From positions 5,827-69,826 of the forward strand of contig JACRCZ010000074.1 in the NCBI GenBank assembly GCA_016218765.1: a DNA stretch of 64,000 bases. Direction: 5' to 3'. Of this stretch, positions 18,314-29,880 are shown one piece after another. The position numbers and the translations under genes were made by a program. The notes under the pieces were generated by a model. The model had not been told where the DNA came from. It worked only from the letters and a program-made list of their open reading frames with translations, and did no database searches. The stretch's first letter is position 1, and every line of letters starts with the position of its first letter. The stretch comes from Deltaproteobacteria bacterium. GTDB taxonomy: Bacteria; Myxococcota_A; Polyangia; DRWM01; JAAZOP01.

Positions 18314-19804
18314 CTAGCTAACGGCGGATTCGCGCAGGAGCGCCCAGCAGTCGCGCACGTGACGCTCCGTGGCGCGGAGATTGCCGAGGGTCACGCGAAG
18401 CGTGAAACGGTCGCGGAGCTTCGTGTGCGAAAGGAAGAAGCGCCCGGACGCGTTGACCCGAGCGAGCAACTCCTCGTTGCGCCGGTCCAGCTCCGCCCGG
18501 ACCTCCGGCTCGTCCTCGCGTGCGGCGAGCGTCGCGGGACGATGGCGGAAGCAGACGGTGGAGAACGGGACCGGGGCCAGCCGCTGCCAGTCGGGCTCCG
18601 CGTCGATCCAGCCGGCGAGCTGCCGCGCCAGCCGGACATGCTCGCGGATCCGCGCCGCCATGCCGTCCGTGCCGAAATACCGGAGCTGGAACCACAGCTT
18701 CAGCGCACGGAAGCGGCGGCCGAGCTGGATCCCGTACTCGTGGAAGTCGTGGGCCTCCCCTTCCCGGCGCACGCGCAGGTACTCGGGCACCACGCTCAGC
18801 GCCGCGCGGAACGCCTCCGGACGGCGGAACAGGAGCAGCGAGGCGTCGAACGGCGTCGACATCCACTTGTGCGGGTTGACCACGATCGAGTCGGCGCGCT
18901 CCCAGCCCCGCAGCAGGGGACGCAGCTCCGACGCCAGCGCCGCGGTGCCGCCGTACGCGGCGTCGACGTGCAGCCACAGCCCCTCGCGGACGCAGACGTC
19001 GGCGATCGCATCGACCGGGTCGACGCTCGTCGAGGAGGTCGTGCCCGTGGTGGCGACGACGGCGAAAGGCAGTCGGCCCTCGCGCCGGTCCTCCCCGATC
19101 GCCGCCGCCAGCAGCTCGGGTCGCATGCGGTACTCGTCGTCGGCGGGAATGCGCCGCAGCCCGCTCCGCCCGGCGCCGATGACGATGGCCGCCTTCTCGA
19201 TCGAGGAATGCGCCTCGGTCGACGCGTACAGCCGCAGCCGGCCGATCCCCGGCCGACCCGCCAAACCCTCGTCGCGGGCCTCGAGGCCGGGAACGACGTG
19301 GCGCGCGGCGACGAGGGACGTGAGGGACGAGATCGATGCGGTGTCGGTGAACATCCCGTCGAACTCGTCGGGCAATCCGAATGCCCGGCGGAGCCACGCG
19401 ACGACGGTCTCTTCCAGCTCGGTCGAAGCGGGCGCATTGCGCCACAGCATGACGTTGGAGTTGAGGCCGGCGGCGAGCCACTCGCCCAGGATCCCGGGAC
19501 CGCACGCGATGGACGTGAAGTAGGCCATGAACCCCGGGTGCTGCCAGTGCGTGATGTTGGGCTCGATCAGCCGCAGGTAGTCGGACAAGACCGAGTCCAG
19601 CGGCTCGGGAGCGGCGGGGGCGGCGGCGGGGAGCCGCGCGCGCACGTCGCCCGGGACGACCCCGGGCAGCACGCGGTACGTCTCCAGCCGTTCGAGGTAG
19701 TCGGCGACGAGATCGGCGACGCGGTGGGCGGCGCGCCGGAAGTCGGCGGGCGCCATGTCGCCCAGGCCGCGCTGCGCGGGATCGAGCCGGGCTTCGTCGG
19801 TCAT
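18314..19804 (-). CDS. PLP-dependent group II (aromatic L-amino-acid-type) decarboxylase
   Basis: THWQHPGFMAYF, AHSSIEKA, WLHVDAAYGG, NPHKW (PLP Lys), LGRRFRALKLW. Confidence 0.95.
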   Translation of the reverse strand: MTDEARLDPAQRGLGDMAPADFRRAAHRVADLVADYLERLETYRVLPGVVPGDVRARLPAAAPAAPEPLDSVLSDYLRLIEPNITHWQHPGFMAYFTSIACGPGILGEWLAAGLNSNVMLWRNAPASTELEETVVAWLRRAFGLPDEFDGMFTDTASISSLTSLVAARHVVPGLEARDEGLAGRPGIGRLRLYASTEAHSSIEKAAIVIGAGRSGLRRIPADDEYRMRPELLAAAIGEDRREGRLPFAVVATTGTTSSTSVDPVDAIADVCVREGLWLHVDAAYGGTAALASELRPLLRGWERADSIVVNPHKWMSTPFDASLLLFRRPEAFRAALSVVPEYLRVRREGEAHDFHEYGIQLGRRFRALKLWFQLRYFGTDGMAARIREHVRLARQLAGWIDAEPDWQRLAPVPFSTVCFRHRPATLAAREDEPEVRAELDRRNEELLARVNASGRFFLSHTKLRDRFTLRVTLGNLRATERHVRDCWALLRESAVS

Positions 19805-20718
19805 CAGGGCACGGCCGCCGTCCCCGCCCCGACCGTCACGTCGAGCTCCTCGGAACGCAGCCCGGCGGAGCCGGGCACCCGCGGCAGGTCGCCCTCGAGA
19901 CGCACGCGGACGACGGGGAGCTCGGTCGTGAAGTCGAAGAGGGGGAAGACCAGCTCCTGCGTGGTCTCGCCCACCGCCAGCTCGACCGGGACACCGTCCG
20001 ACGAGTACGGCGACTGGTGATGGATGTAGGCCTGTCGCTTCAGCTCGGCGCCGTCGGGGCCCGACAGCACGACGCTCACGCCGTCGAAGACCGAGGCGAA
20101 GTTCGTCCGGACGGTGATCGGTCCGGACGCCAGGCTGCGGAGGGTGGCCTGGCAGCGGACCTGCAAGCCGTGCTCCTCCGGGACGATCTCGATCCGGGCG
20201 ACCTCCAGCGCGACGGGGACGGGCGCGGCGTTCTCCGGACAGCTCGTGTCCTGCGGGCAGCCCCCGAAGCCGGAGGGGGAAACACCCCGGGCGTTCCCGG
20301 GCATCTGCGCGCAAGCCGTGCTGCAGTAGCCGTCGAAACAGCGCGCCTTGGACTGGCACGGCAGCGGCGGCGCCGGCGGCGGGCCGAGCGGGCACTCCAC
20401 GTCGCGACATGCCTCGGACTCCAGATGCCGCCGCAGCCACTCCTGGTAAACCCGCGTCTGGGGGGCCGGCCAGATGCTGGGCTGGCAGCAGCCGTCCTCG
20501 GCGACGAGCATCGCGCAGGTGCAGTCGGCCTCCGTGGCGCAGGCCAGCGGATCGGGCGAGTCGGGGGCCAGAAGGTAGCCGTCCTCCCACCGCGTCCCGG
20601 ACGCCGGAGACTCCGCCGTCGCCCGGTCCGCCGTGCCGCCGGGGGGCCGTGGACCACCGCGTCCGGAGCAGGCCGCAAGCTGCACGAAGACCACCATGAT
20701 CCACGCGATCTTCCACAT
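19804..20718 (-). CDS. Hypothetical lipoprotein with Cys-rich N-domain and Ig-like C-domain
   Basis: MWKIAWIMVVFVQLAA-C lipobox; stop overlaps the decarboxylase ATG (TGATG). Confidence 0.75.
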   Translation of the reverse strand: MWKIAWIMVVFVQLAACSGRGGPRPPGGTADRATAESPASGTRWEDGYLLAPDSPDPLACATEADCTCAMLVAEDGCCQPSIWPAPQTRVYQEWLRRHLESEACRDVECPLGPPPAPPLPCQSKARCFDGYCSTACAQMPGNARGVSPSGFGGCPQDTSCPENAAPVPVALEVARIEIVPEEHGLQVRCQATLRSLASGPITVRTNFASVFDGVSVVLSGPDGAELKRQAYIHHQSPYSSDGVPVELAVGETTQELVFPLFDFTTELPVVRVRLEGDLPRVPGSAGLRSEELDVTVGAGTAAVP

Positions 20719-20832
20719 GGACACGAACCTACCACATTCGCGCGCGAGCCGCCGCCTTGCGGGTGCGGGATCCGCGTGCTACCTACAAGGAGCTTCGACG
20801 GAGCCGAGTCCGATGCAACGAGGAGGGATGCC

Positions 20833-23502
20833 ATGACGTCGCGTGTTCGAACGGTGTGCTGGACGGGCGCCCTTGCGCTGGCCGTGGCGGCGTGGGGCTG
20901 CGGGTCGACCGGTGGGGACTCGGCGGAGGACGCCGGCGACGACGTGCTCGACGTCGTGGGCGACGAGCCGGACGGTCCCGGCGACGGCGAGGCGACGCGG
21001 GAAGACGCGGAGACCGGGGAGGGATCGGACGACGGCCGCGACGAGTCGGCCGACGACGGGACGGACGGCGAGGTCCCGTGCCTCTGCGCCGCGGACACCG
21101 ACTGCGACGACGGGCACTCCTGCAACGGCGAGGAGCGCTGCGTCGATTGCGCCTGCCTCCCCGGGACCGCGGCGGTCGACGGGACGGCGTGCGACGACGG
21201 CGATCCGTGCACGGAAGGCGAAGCGTGCGCGAGCGGCGATTGCGCCGGGGGTGCGGCCATCTGCGCCTGCGAGACGGACGACGACTGCACGGCGCACGAC
21301 GACGGCGACCTGTGCAACGGATGGCTCGTCTGCGTCGGCCGCCGCTGCCTGCTCGATCCCGGCACGGTCGTCTTCTGCGATCCGTCGGGCGACACCGAGT
21401 GCCTGGTCAACACCTGCGCGCCGGGCACCGGCGACTGCGCGCCGCAGCCGGTGCGCGAGGGCCTGTCGTGCGACGACGGCAACGAGTGCACGGCCGGGGA
21501 CGCGTGCGCGGACGGCGCCTGCGCCGGCGGGGCCTCGACCTGCGAGTGCACGAGCGACGCCGATTGCGCCGCGTACGAGGACGGCGACGCGTGCAACGGC
21601 ACGCTCCACTGCGAGGCGAACGCGTGCGTCATCGATCCGGCGACGATCGTGACGTGCGACCCGGGCGGCGACACGGACTGCCGCGTGAGCCTGTGCGACC
21701 CGGCCGACGGGACGTGCTCGCTGGTCCCGCGTGCGGACGGCACGACGTGCGACGACGGCAGCGCCTGCACGCTCGCCGAAGCCTGCGCCGCGGGCGTCTG
21801 CACCGGACCGGCCCGGTCCTGTGACGACGCGGACGTCTGCACCGACGACTCGTGCGTCCCGGCGACCGGATGCACCTTCACGAACAACACCGCCGCCTGC
21901 GACGACGGCAGCGCCTGCACCGCCGGCGACGTCTGCAGCGGCGGCGCCTGCGCCGGGACGGCCATCGTGTGCAACGACGGCGACGTCTGCACCGACGACG
22001 CGTGCGACCCGGCCACGGGCTGCACCTTCACCGACAACTCCGCCGCCTGCGACGACGGCGACGCCTGCAGCGGCGGCGACATGTGCGCGGGCGGCGAGTG
22101 CTTCGGCGAGCTGATCTTCTGCGGCGACGCCAACCCGTGCACCGACGACGGCTGCAATCCCGCCACCGGCTGCACGTTCACCAACAACACCGCCGCCTGC
22201 GACGACGGCAACCCCTGCACCGCCCCGGACGCCTGCGCGGGAGGAAGCTGCGCCGGCACGCCCCTGGGCGGGACGGTCTGCGGCTTGGAATGCGTGGACA
22301 CGCAGACGGACGAACGGCACTGCGGAGGCTGCGTGCGGCCGTGCGTGTGGGACGAGGAGTGCGCGGCCGGCGCCTGCCGCCCCCGCCCGTGGGAGCGCGT
22401 GGGCGCCGCCGTGAACCCCCTGCTCCCGGCGCTGGCCCACGCACTGGGCACGAACGGGGCGACGCCGTACGTCGCCTGGGTCGCCGACGAGACGCAGGAC
22501 AACGTGTACGTGCACTCGTACGCCGCCGCGACCGGCTGGACGCAGCTCGGCGCGCGCCTGACCACGGGAATGGTCTCGGCGCAATCCTACGTCGATATCC
22601 AGTTCGCCGCCGGAGCGCCCTACGTCGTGTACTACGAGCCGCCGTCGATGCCGCCCGGGAACCCGTACCACGTGAAGAGCTGGGACGGGACCGGCTGGGT
22701 CGAGGTCGGGACGCCGGGCTACCGCTCGCCCTGCGTGATGCACTGGGCGGTGTCGCTGGCCATGGAGGGGACGAACCCGCACCTCACGGACATCGGCGCG
22801 GGGGGCTGCGGGATCGGCGTCGGCTACGCGCGGTGGACCGGCGCCGCGTGGTGGGAAACCCCGTCGCCGCCGGGCCCGATGCTCGGGCTGCTCACGATGA
22901 GCGGCGGAGGATGCTCGGACGTCGTGTGGAACGGGCCGGCCTCCCGGTCCCTGGTGGCACTGATCGACAGCAACCAGCGGCGCGTGCGAACCTGGATCGC
23001 CGCCCCCGCCCCCGGCGCCTGGACCGACCTCGGCGGCAGCCTGAACATGGGCGCGGCACCGATCTCCGGCCCCGGCGGAGACTTCCTGTCGATCGCGGTC
23101 GACGCGGCCGGCGTGCCGTACGTCGCGTTCTCCGAGGTCGAGGGCGCCGGCGGCGGATCGCGGGGGGTGTTCGTCAAGCGCTACGATCCGGCCGGCACCG
23201 GATGGACGCGGGTCGGCGCGGGCCGGATCAGCACCGCCGGCAACGCCGCGGACTTCCCCTCGATCGCCTTCGTCGACGGCCGGCCGCACGTCGCATTCGT
23301 CGAAACCACGGCGGGCGTGGGCCTGGTCCTGGTCCGCCGCTGGAACGGCACGGCCTGGGAACGGGTCGGCGCGCCCCTGAACGAGAGCAACCTGACCAGC
23401 GCCGCGATGCCGTACCTCGTCGCGATCGGGACCGTGCCGGCCGTGGCCTTCCGCGAGCCGGCGGCCGGCACCTCGCGCGTCTACGTCAAGCGCTTCCCCT
23501 GA
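20833..23502 (+). CDS. Cys-rich repeat surface lipoprotein with C-terminal beta-propeller-like domain
   Basis: AGGAGG RBS; LAVAAWG-C; many CDDG(N/D)xCTxxDxC repeats; CVDTQTDERHCGGC; repeated PYVAF/W...W blades. Confidence 0.85.
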   Translation: MTSRVRTVCWTGALALAVAAWGCGSTGGDSAEDAGDDVLDVVGDEPDGPGDGEATREDAETGEGSDDGRDESADDGTDGEVPCLCAADTDCDDGHSCNGEERCVDCACLPGTAAVDGTACDDGDPCTEGEACASGDCAGGAAICACETDDDCTAHDDGDLCNGWLVCVGRRCLLDPGTVVFCDPSGDTECLVNTCAPGTGDCAPQPVREGLSCDDGNECTAGDACADGACAGGASTCECTSDADCAAYEDGDACNGTLHCEANACVIDPATIVTCDPGGDTDCRVSLCDPADGTCSLVPRADGTTCDDGSACTLAEACAAGVCTGPARSCDDADVCTDDSCVPATGCTFTNNTAACDDGSACTAGDVCSGGACAGTAIVCNDGDVCTDDACDPATGCTFTDNSAACDDGDACSGGDMCAGGECFGELIFCGDANPCTDDGCNPATGCTFTNNTAACDDGNPCTAPDACAGGSCAGTPLGGTVCGLECVDTQTDERHCGGCVRPCVWDEECAAGACRPRPWERVGAAVNPLLPALAHALGTNGATPYVAWVADETQDNVYVHSYAAATGWTQLGARLTTGMVSAQSYVDIQFAAGAPYVVYYEPPSMPPGNPYHVKSWDGTGWVEVGTPGYRSPCVMHWAVSLAMEGTNPHLTDIGAGGCGIGVGYARWTGAAWWETPSPPGPMLGLLTMSGGGCSDVVWNGPASRSLVALIDSNQRRVRTWIAAPAPGAWTDLGGSLNMGAAPISGPGGDFLSIAVDAAGVPYVAFSEVEGAGGGSRGVFVKRYDPAGTGWTRVGAGRISTAGNAADFPSIAFVDGRPHVAFVETTAGVGLVLVRRWNGTAWERVGAPLNESNLTSAAMPYLVAIGTVPAVAFREPAAGTSRVYVKRFP

Positions 23503-23602
23503 GAACGCCGACCTTGCCCCAGGGTCCGGCCGCGCGATACATTGCACGTCGCACGCCGGGGGTGGGGGGTCCGGTCCGTCCGCGTCGGTCCGGGGGATGG
23601 CG

Positions 23603-25594
<1,992 letters not shown>

Positions 25595-25820
25595 ACCGTG
25601 GGACGGTGGCGGTCGAGCGACCGGCGACCGGCAGCTCCTGCTGCGGATCCGTCGTCGCTCGTGTGGGCATGCCCGGCCCGGCGGCTCATGGAAGCCGGCG
25701 AGCGCGAAGCTGCGCCTTCCCGACCCGCCGCCGCCGTAGTAGGGTACGGCCCCCATGATGATCCTTCGCAGCTTCCGCGGGACCTCCCCCCAGGACTTGT
25801 CGACTCCTTCCGCGGCCGGG

Positions 25821-26492
25821 GTGCGGCGTCTGCCGCGCCCGATCCTCGCGCTGGTCGCAGCCGGCGGGATGGCGGCGGCGGGGTGTCTGGCGTTCTCGCA
25901 GTCCGGACCGTACGCCCCGTCCGGGCCGCTCGAGGCATTCCACGACCAGTACCGCGTCGCCTTCCAGGCGATGTCGAACGACCCGCAGCTGGCGGGTCTG
26001 CTGGAGTCGGCGGCGGCAGGCGGGACCGTCGGCCCGGCGGACCTGGCGGCCGTACCGTCCTTCCGCGCGGGCCTGGACGTGGTCCGGAGCGATCCGGCGT
26101 CGGCCACGGCGATGCCGGAGGACATGCGGGCGTACTGCAATGGACTGTGGACCCAGGCGGAGGACGCCTACAACAGTCCCGGGACGTACAACGAGTTCTT
26201 CCGCGCGCAGCTCTTCCGGAACTGGGGCGACTGCGCTTTCGAGCACGGGGTGTTCGTCCTGCAGCGCGCACTCGTTGCCGCGCCGGCGGGATCCGTCGTG
26301 CATCCCGACGCCTGCCTCGACCACCTCGAGGCGTTGACGCGGTACGACGACGCGGAGGAAGCCGCCTTGAGGGTGGAGCTGGCGCAGGACAACCTGCCCG
26401 AGGGCCTGATCGAGCTGGCGGGCGCGCTCAACCAGCAGGTCGGCCGTTGCCGCGCCCTGCGGATCCTGGGCGTCGACGTCGGCGCTCCCTGA
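25821..26492 (+). CDS. Hypothetical helical lipoprotein
   Basis: GTG start giving MRRLPRPILALVAAGGMAAAG-C; coding-like codon pattern. Confidence 0.65.
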   Translation: MRRLPRPILALVAAGGMAAAGCLAFSQSGPYAPSGPLEAFHDQYRVAFQAMSNDPQLAGLLESAAAGGTVGPADLAAVPSFRAGLDVVRSDPASATAMPEDMRAYCNGLWTQAEDAYNSPGTYNEFFRAQLFRNWGDCAFEHGVFVLQRALVAAPAGSVVHPDACLDHLEALTRYDDAEEAALRVELAQDNLPEGLIELAGALNQQVGRCRALRILGVDVGAP

Positions 26493-26849
26493 GCCCGGGG
26501 CCGCATCGCCTGCGATAGCGCCGGCGCTCCGGAACCTCAACCGCAATCCTGCCCGAAGGCCGGCGCCGGGGCGCCCGCGAACTCGTCCTCCCGAAGGGGC
26601 CTCCGCGCCCTGCGATTGAATTCCTCGGTCCGAAGTCCGGATCGGCGTCGTGCACTTGCACGAGGCAGGCGATTTCCGCTATCCGTCGGCCCGTCGGGGG
26701 GGAAACTGATGACAGAACGAGGAGGCACCCCATGGCGAACGGCCCGAGAATTCCGCGGCCTACGGCTCGCGTGTCGTCGGCGTCACTCCCCGCAAGCCGG
26801 GGAGAGGCCGACCCAGGACCCAGGGTCCCGCCAAAGTCGGTCCTGCGGC

Positions 26850-26880
26850 CTCTGCGACTCTGCGACTCTGCGCGAAATTC
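26850..26880 (+). repeat. CTCTGCG x3 (8-bp period) variant of the CTTTGCG element
   Basis: Ends in the same TGCGCGAAATTC as the copy at 10926-10937. Confidence 0.65.
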
Positions 26881-27022
26881 GGGGCGCGGAACCTCGCGGT
26901 GCCCGCGCGACACCCCGCCGCGGCGAGAATGGCGAAGCCCTGACCCAGGACCTTCGAGCCTTGACGCGCGGTCCGCGGACCGCACACGGTCCCTGCGGCC
27001 CTGCGCCAAGCGCGCCGAGGCG

Positions 27023-28630
27023 TTGCGGATCGCCGGATCGCCGGTCGTCGCGGCCGTTTTCGGGCTCGCGCTGTTCGCGGCGTGTCCCCCCACGCCTCCG
27101 CCGGGCGTTCCGGCGCCCGGCGGACAGGACGGAGACGCGGAGGGCGCGTCGCTTGCGCACGCATGCGACGGCGGCGATGCCGCCTCCTGTCTGAGCCACG
27201 CGGCGGCGATGCGGGAGGAAGGGCGATTCGACGAGATGGACGTCGCACTCTCACGAGGCTGTGCGCTGGGTGACCCCTTGGCCTGCTGCCGCTTCGACCT
27301 CTCCACGGCGGATCCGGATCTTCCGGCTGCCGACATGACGTATGCCTCGTGCAGCCAGGCCTGCTCCGCCGGGTCGTTCGAAGGCTGCGCGAATTACGCG
27401 GGGCTGCTCATGGAGAGAGGCGAGTGCCAGGAGGCCGCCGCAATCCTCGCACCGCGGTGCCGCGCCGGCGACGATCGCGGCTGCGCGGATCTCGCCGAGG
27501 CAATGTTCGAGATCTGTCCCGGTGATGCCGTGGAGCCGACGCTGGTCGCGGCGTGCGATGCCGGCGCCCAGGCCGGGTGCCATGCCCTCGGCCGCGTCTA
27601 CTCGTTCCTCGACCGCGGCGAAGACGCGGCGCCGCTGCTCGACCGCGCCTGCCTGGCGGGATTGACCGGAGCGTGCGACGAGCTGGCGAGTTGCCTTGCG
27701 GACCTGGGGCGCGAGGAGGAGGCCGAAGCGGCACTGCGCCGCGGCTGCGACGCCGGAGAACTCCGGGTCTGCCGGAAACTTACGGTGCGGCTGCGGGACG
27801 AGGGACGGGCCACGGACGCCGAGGCCGTGGCACGACCGGCCTGCGACCGGGACGACGCCGACGGCTGCGCGCTGCTGGGTGAGCTGCTCGCCGAAGACGG
27901 CCGCATCGCCGACGCGGCCGTCGCCTTCGGCCGCGCCTGCGACCTCGCGCCGTATGCCAACTGCCGGGACCTCGCGGAGTTCCTCGACGCGAACCCCGGT
28001 CAGGCCCAGGAGGCGACGGAGCTGTCCGCGGCCTGTCAGGCCGGCGACGTCCACCGCTGCGCCATGCTCTACGGGCTGCTCTCCGCCAACGACCCCGGCG
28101 ACGGGCCGCTCGAGGCGCTGGTCATGGCCTGTGAGTTGGGAGATGAGTCGGCCTGTGATCTCATCCTGAGAGGCTTCTTCCCCACGGGGGACGAGCCGGC
28201 CCGCCGCGCCGCCCGGGCGGTCTTCTCCGCCGCGTGCGAGGGCGACACGCGGGCCGCGTGCGGCTTCCGAGTCGCGGCCGCCCTGGCCGGAGATTTTCCG
28301 GCGGAACTGCTGCGGGATGCGGCTGCGCAGGCGTGCGCGCGGGGCGTGCTCGAAGGATGTGCCGTCGCCGGTGTCGCCGAGTACCGGGACGTCGGCCCCA
28401 CCGACGAGGCCGAGGCGAACCTGCGCCGCGCCTGCGACGGCGGACTTGGTTTCGCCTGCAAGACGCTGGCCGATGTCCTCGACGATGTCGGGCGACAGGA
28501 GGAAGGCACCGCCGTCCGCCGCCACGCGTGCGAGCTGGGCGATCGCGCCGCCTGCATCGTCGAGGTGGAAGGCGAGCCGTACGGCGACTACGGCGGCTAC
28601 GGCGGCTACGGGGGGGACGGCGGCGGCTAG
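27023..28630 (+). CDS. Sel1-like (Cys-rich, Hcp-type) repeat lipoprotein
   Basis: LALFAA-C lipobox; many (R/A)ACDxGxxxGCxxL repeats. Start uncertain because the frame is open from ATG 26732. Confidence 0.8.
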   Translation: MRIAGSPVVAAVFGLALFAACPPTPPPGVPAPGGQDGDAEGASLAHACDGGDAASCLSHAAAMREEGRFDEMDVALSRGCALGDPLACCRFDLSTADPDLPAADMTYASCSQACSAGSFEGCANYAGLLMERGECQEAAAILAPRCRAGDDRGCADLAEAMFEICPGDAVEPTLVAACDAGAQAGCHALGRVYSFLDRGEDAAPLLDRACLAGLTGACDELASCLADLGREEEAEAALRRGCDAGELRVCRKLTVRLRDEGRATDAEAVARPACDRDDADGCALLGELLAEDGRIADAAVAFGRACDLAPYANCRDLAEFLDANPGQAQEATELSAACQAGDVHRCAMLYGLLSANDPGDGPLEALVMACELGDESACDLILRGFFPTGDEPARRAARAVFSAACEGDTRAACGFRVAAALAGDFPAELLRDAAAQACARGVLEGCAVAGVAEYRDVGPTDEAEANLRRACDGGLGFACKTLADVLDDVGRQEEGTAVRRHACELGDRAACIVEVEGEPYGDYGGYGGYGGDGGG

Positions 28631-28670
28631 GGCTACGACCAATACCGCTCACCTTGCAGCGGCATTGCGG

Positions 28671-29570
28671 CTAGCGTGCGGGTTCCGACCGATCCGCGAG
28701 GGATGCCGTGCAGGAGGCTTCGTCGAGCCACAGTGCCGGGCCGTGCCCGTCGCCCGCCCGATACAGCGTGCGGCCCCGGACGATCCGGTCCAGCGGCTCC
28801 ACGAGCGGCGACGCCTCGTCGCGAGGGCACGGACCGCAGTCGACGGGCTCCGTACCACCCACCATTCCGCCGCCGCCGGCGGTGCCGCTGGACGGCACCG
28901 AGATCGCTCGGAGCACGCACGATTCGCACACCTGCTCCGTGCCGTCGGTGCACAGCCGCCGCGAGTGGAAGGGCAGGCACGTCACGGCCAGCCAGTCGAC
29001 GCTCAGGTCGAAGCGCAGTACGTCAGCCGTCTGTTCGCTCAACGCGCCGAGGATCTGCGGTTCGCTCCCGACCGCCCCGACCACGACAACCTCGCCGTTC
29101 TCGTCGCGCTCGGTCACCTCGTATGATGCGCCATGAATCAGCTCGCCGTCGCGGATCTCGACCCTCGTCGAGCCCGCCTCGAGCCCCGCATCGCCCCCGG
29201 CGCCGTCCTCCCGCAGGTACGTGAACAACACGTTCCCTTCACGCCCGAACACCAGCGGACGACACGCCGGCGGCGTCGCGGAAGAACCGAGCTCCGCGGT
29301 CCAGAGCGTGACGGTGCCGTCTGCGGCCGGCGGTATCGCGTCGAGCCGCAAGGTCTCCGGGGCCGTCCGGTACGTCGCCAGGTCGGCCAGATGCGAGACC
29401 GCCCATGCCCATTGCTCGTCGGCCGACATGCCGGCCGTGGGATCGGCGGGCGGTGCTTCCTCCGCCGTCCGGGGCGCGACGGGACACCCCCCGAACGCCG
29501 TGGCGACGAGTCCGAGCAGCGCCGGGACCGGCGGAAGCAATCTGCGGGGGAGCCGACGTGGTTCGGTCAT
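28671..29570 (-). CDS. Hypothetical lipoprotein
   Basis: GAAGGAG RBS; signal ending ATAFGG-C; Cys pairs near the C-terminus. Confidence 0.7.
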   Translation of the reverse strand: MTEPRRLPRRLLPPVPALLGLVATAFGGCPVAPRTAEEAPPADPTAGMSADEQWAWAVSHLADLATYRTAPETLRLDAIPPAADGTVTLWTAELGSSATPPACRPLVFGREGNVLFTYLREDGAGGDAGLEAGSTRVEIRDGELIHGASYEVTERDENGEVVVVGAVGSEPQILGALSEQTADVLRFDLSVDWLAVTCLPFHSRRLCTDGTEQVCESCVLRAISVPSSGTAGGGGMVGGTEPVDCGPCPRDEASPLVEPLDRIVRGRTLYRAGDGHGPALWLDEASCTASLADRSEPAR

Positions 29571-29880
29571 GGACGGTTCTCCTTCGCCAGGCGGCGGGCA
29601 AGCCGTCCGTGACGGCGCCGCCGATTCGGGAACCGCGAGTATGCCGACGGCCCGACCGGCAATGCAACGCCCCCGGGTCGGCGGGCGCGGCGCCGGGCCA
29701 CGGGGCATCCCCCGCCGGAGCGCACGCCGGAGCGATGCCGGAGCCTTGCGTCGAGCCTCTCGCTTCCGGTATCCATCGTTCTGCCGGGGGGACGCCGGCC
29801 TTCGCCGGCGGCAGGGGATTCCGCGGCCCGACCCGATTCCTGCGAGGCGGTCATGGACGATGGCAAGGAGGGAAGGACTC

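Noticed and set aside
19805-20716. Apparent N-terminal extension of the decarboxylase
   Set aside because: Alternate frame of the upstream lipoprotein gene; the TGATG junction marks the true start.
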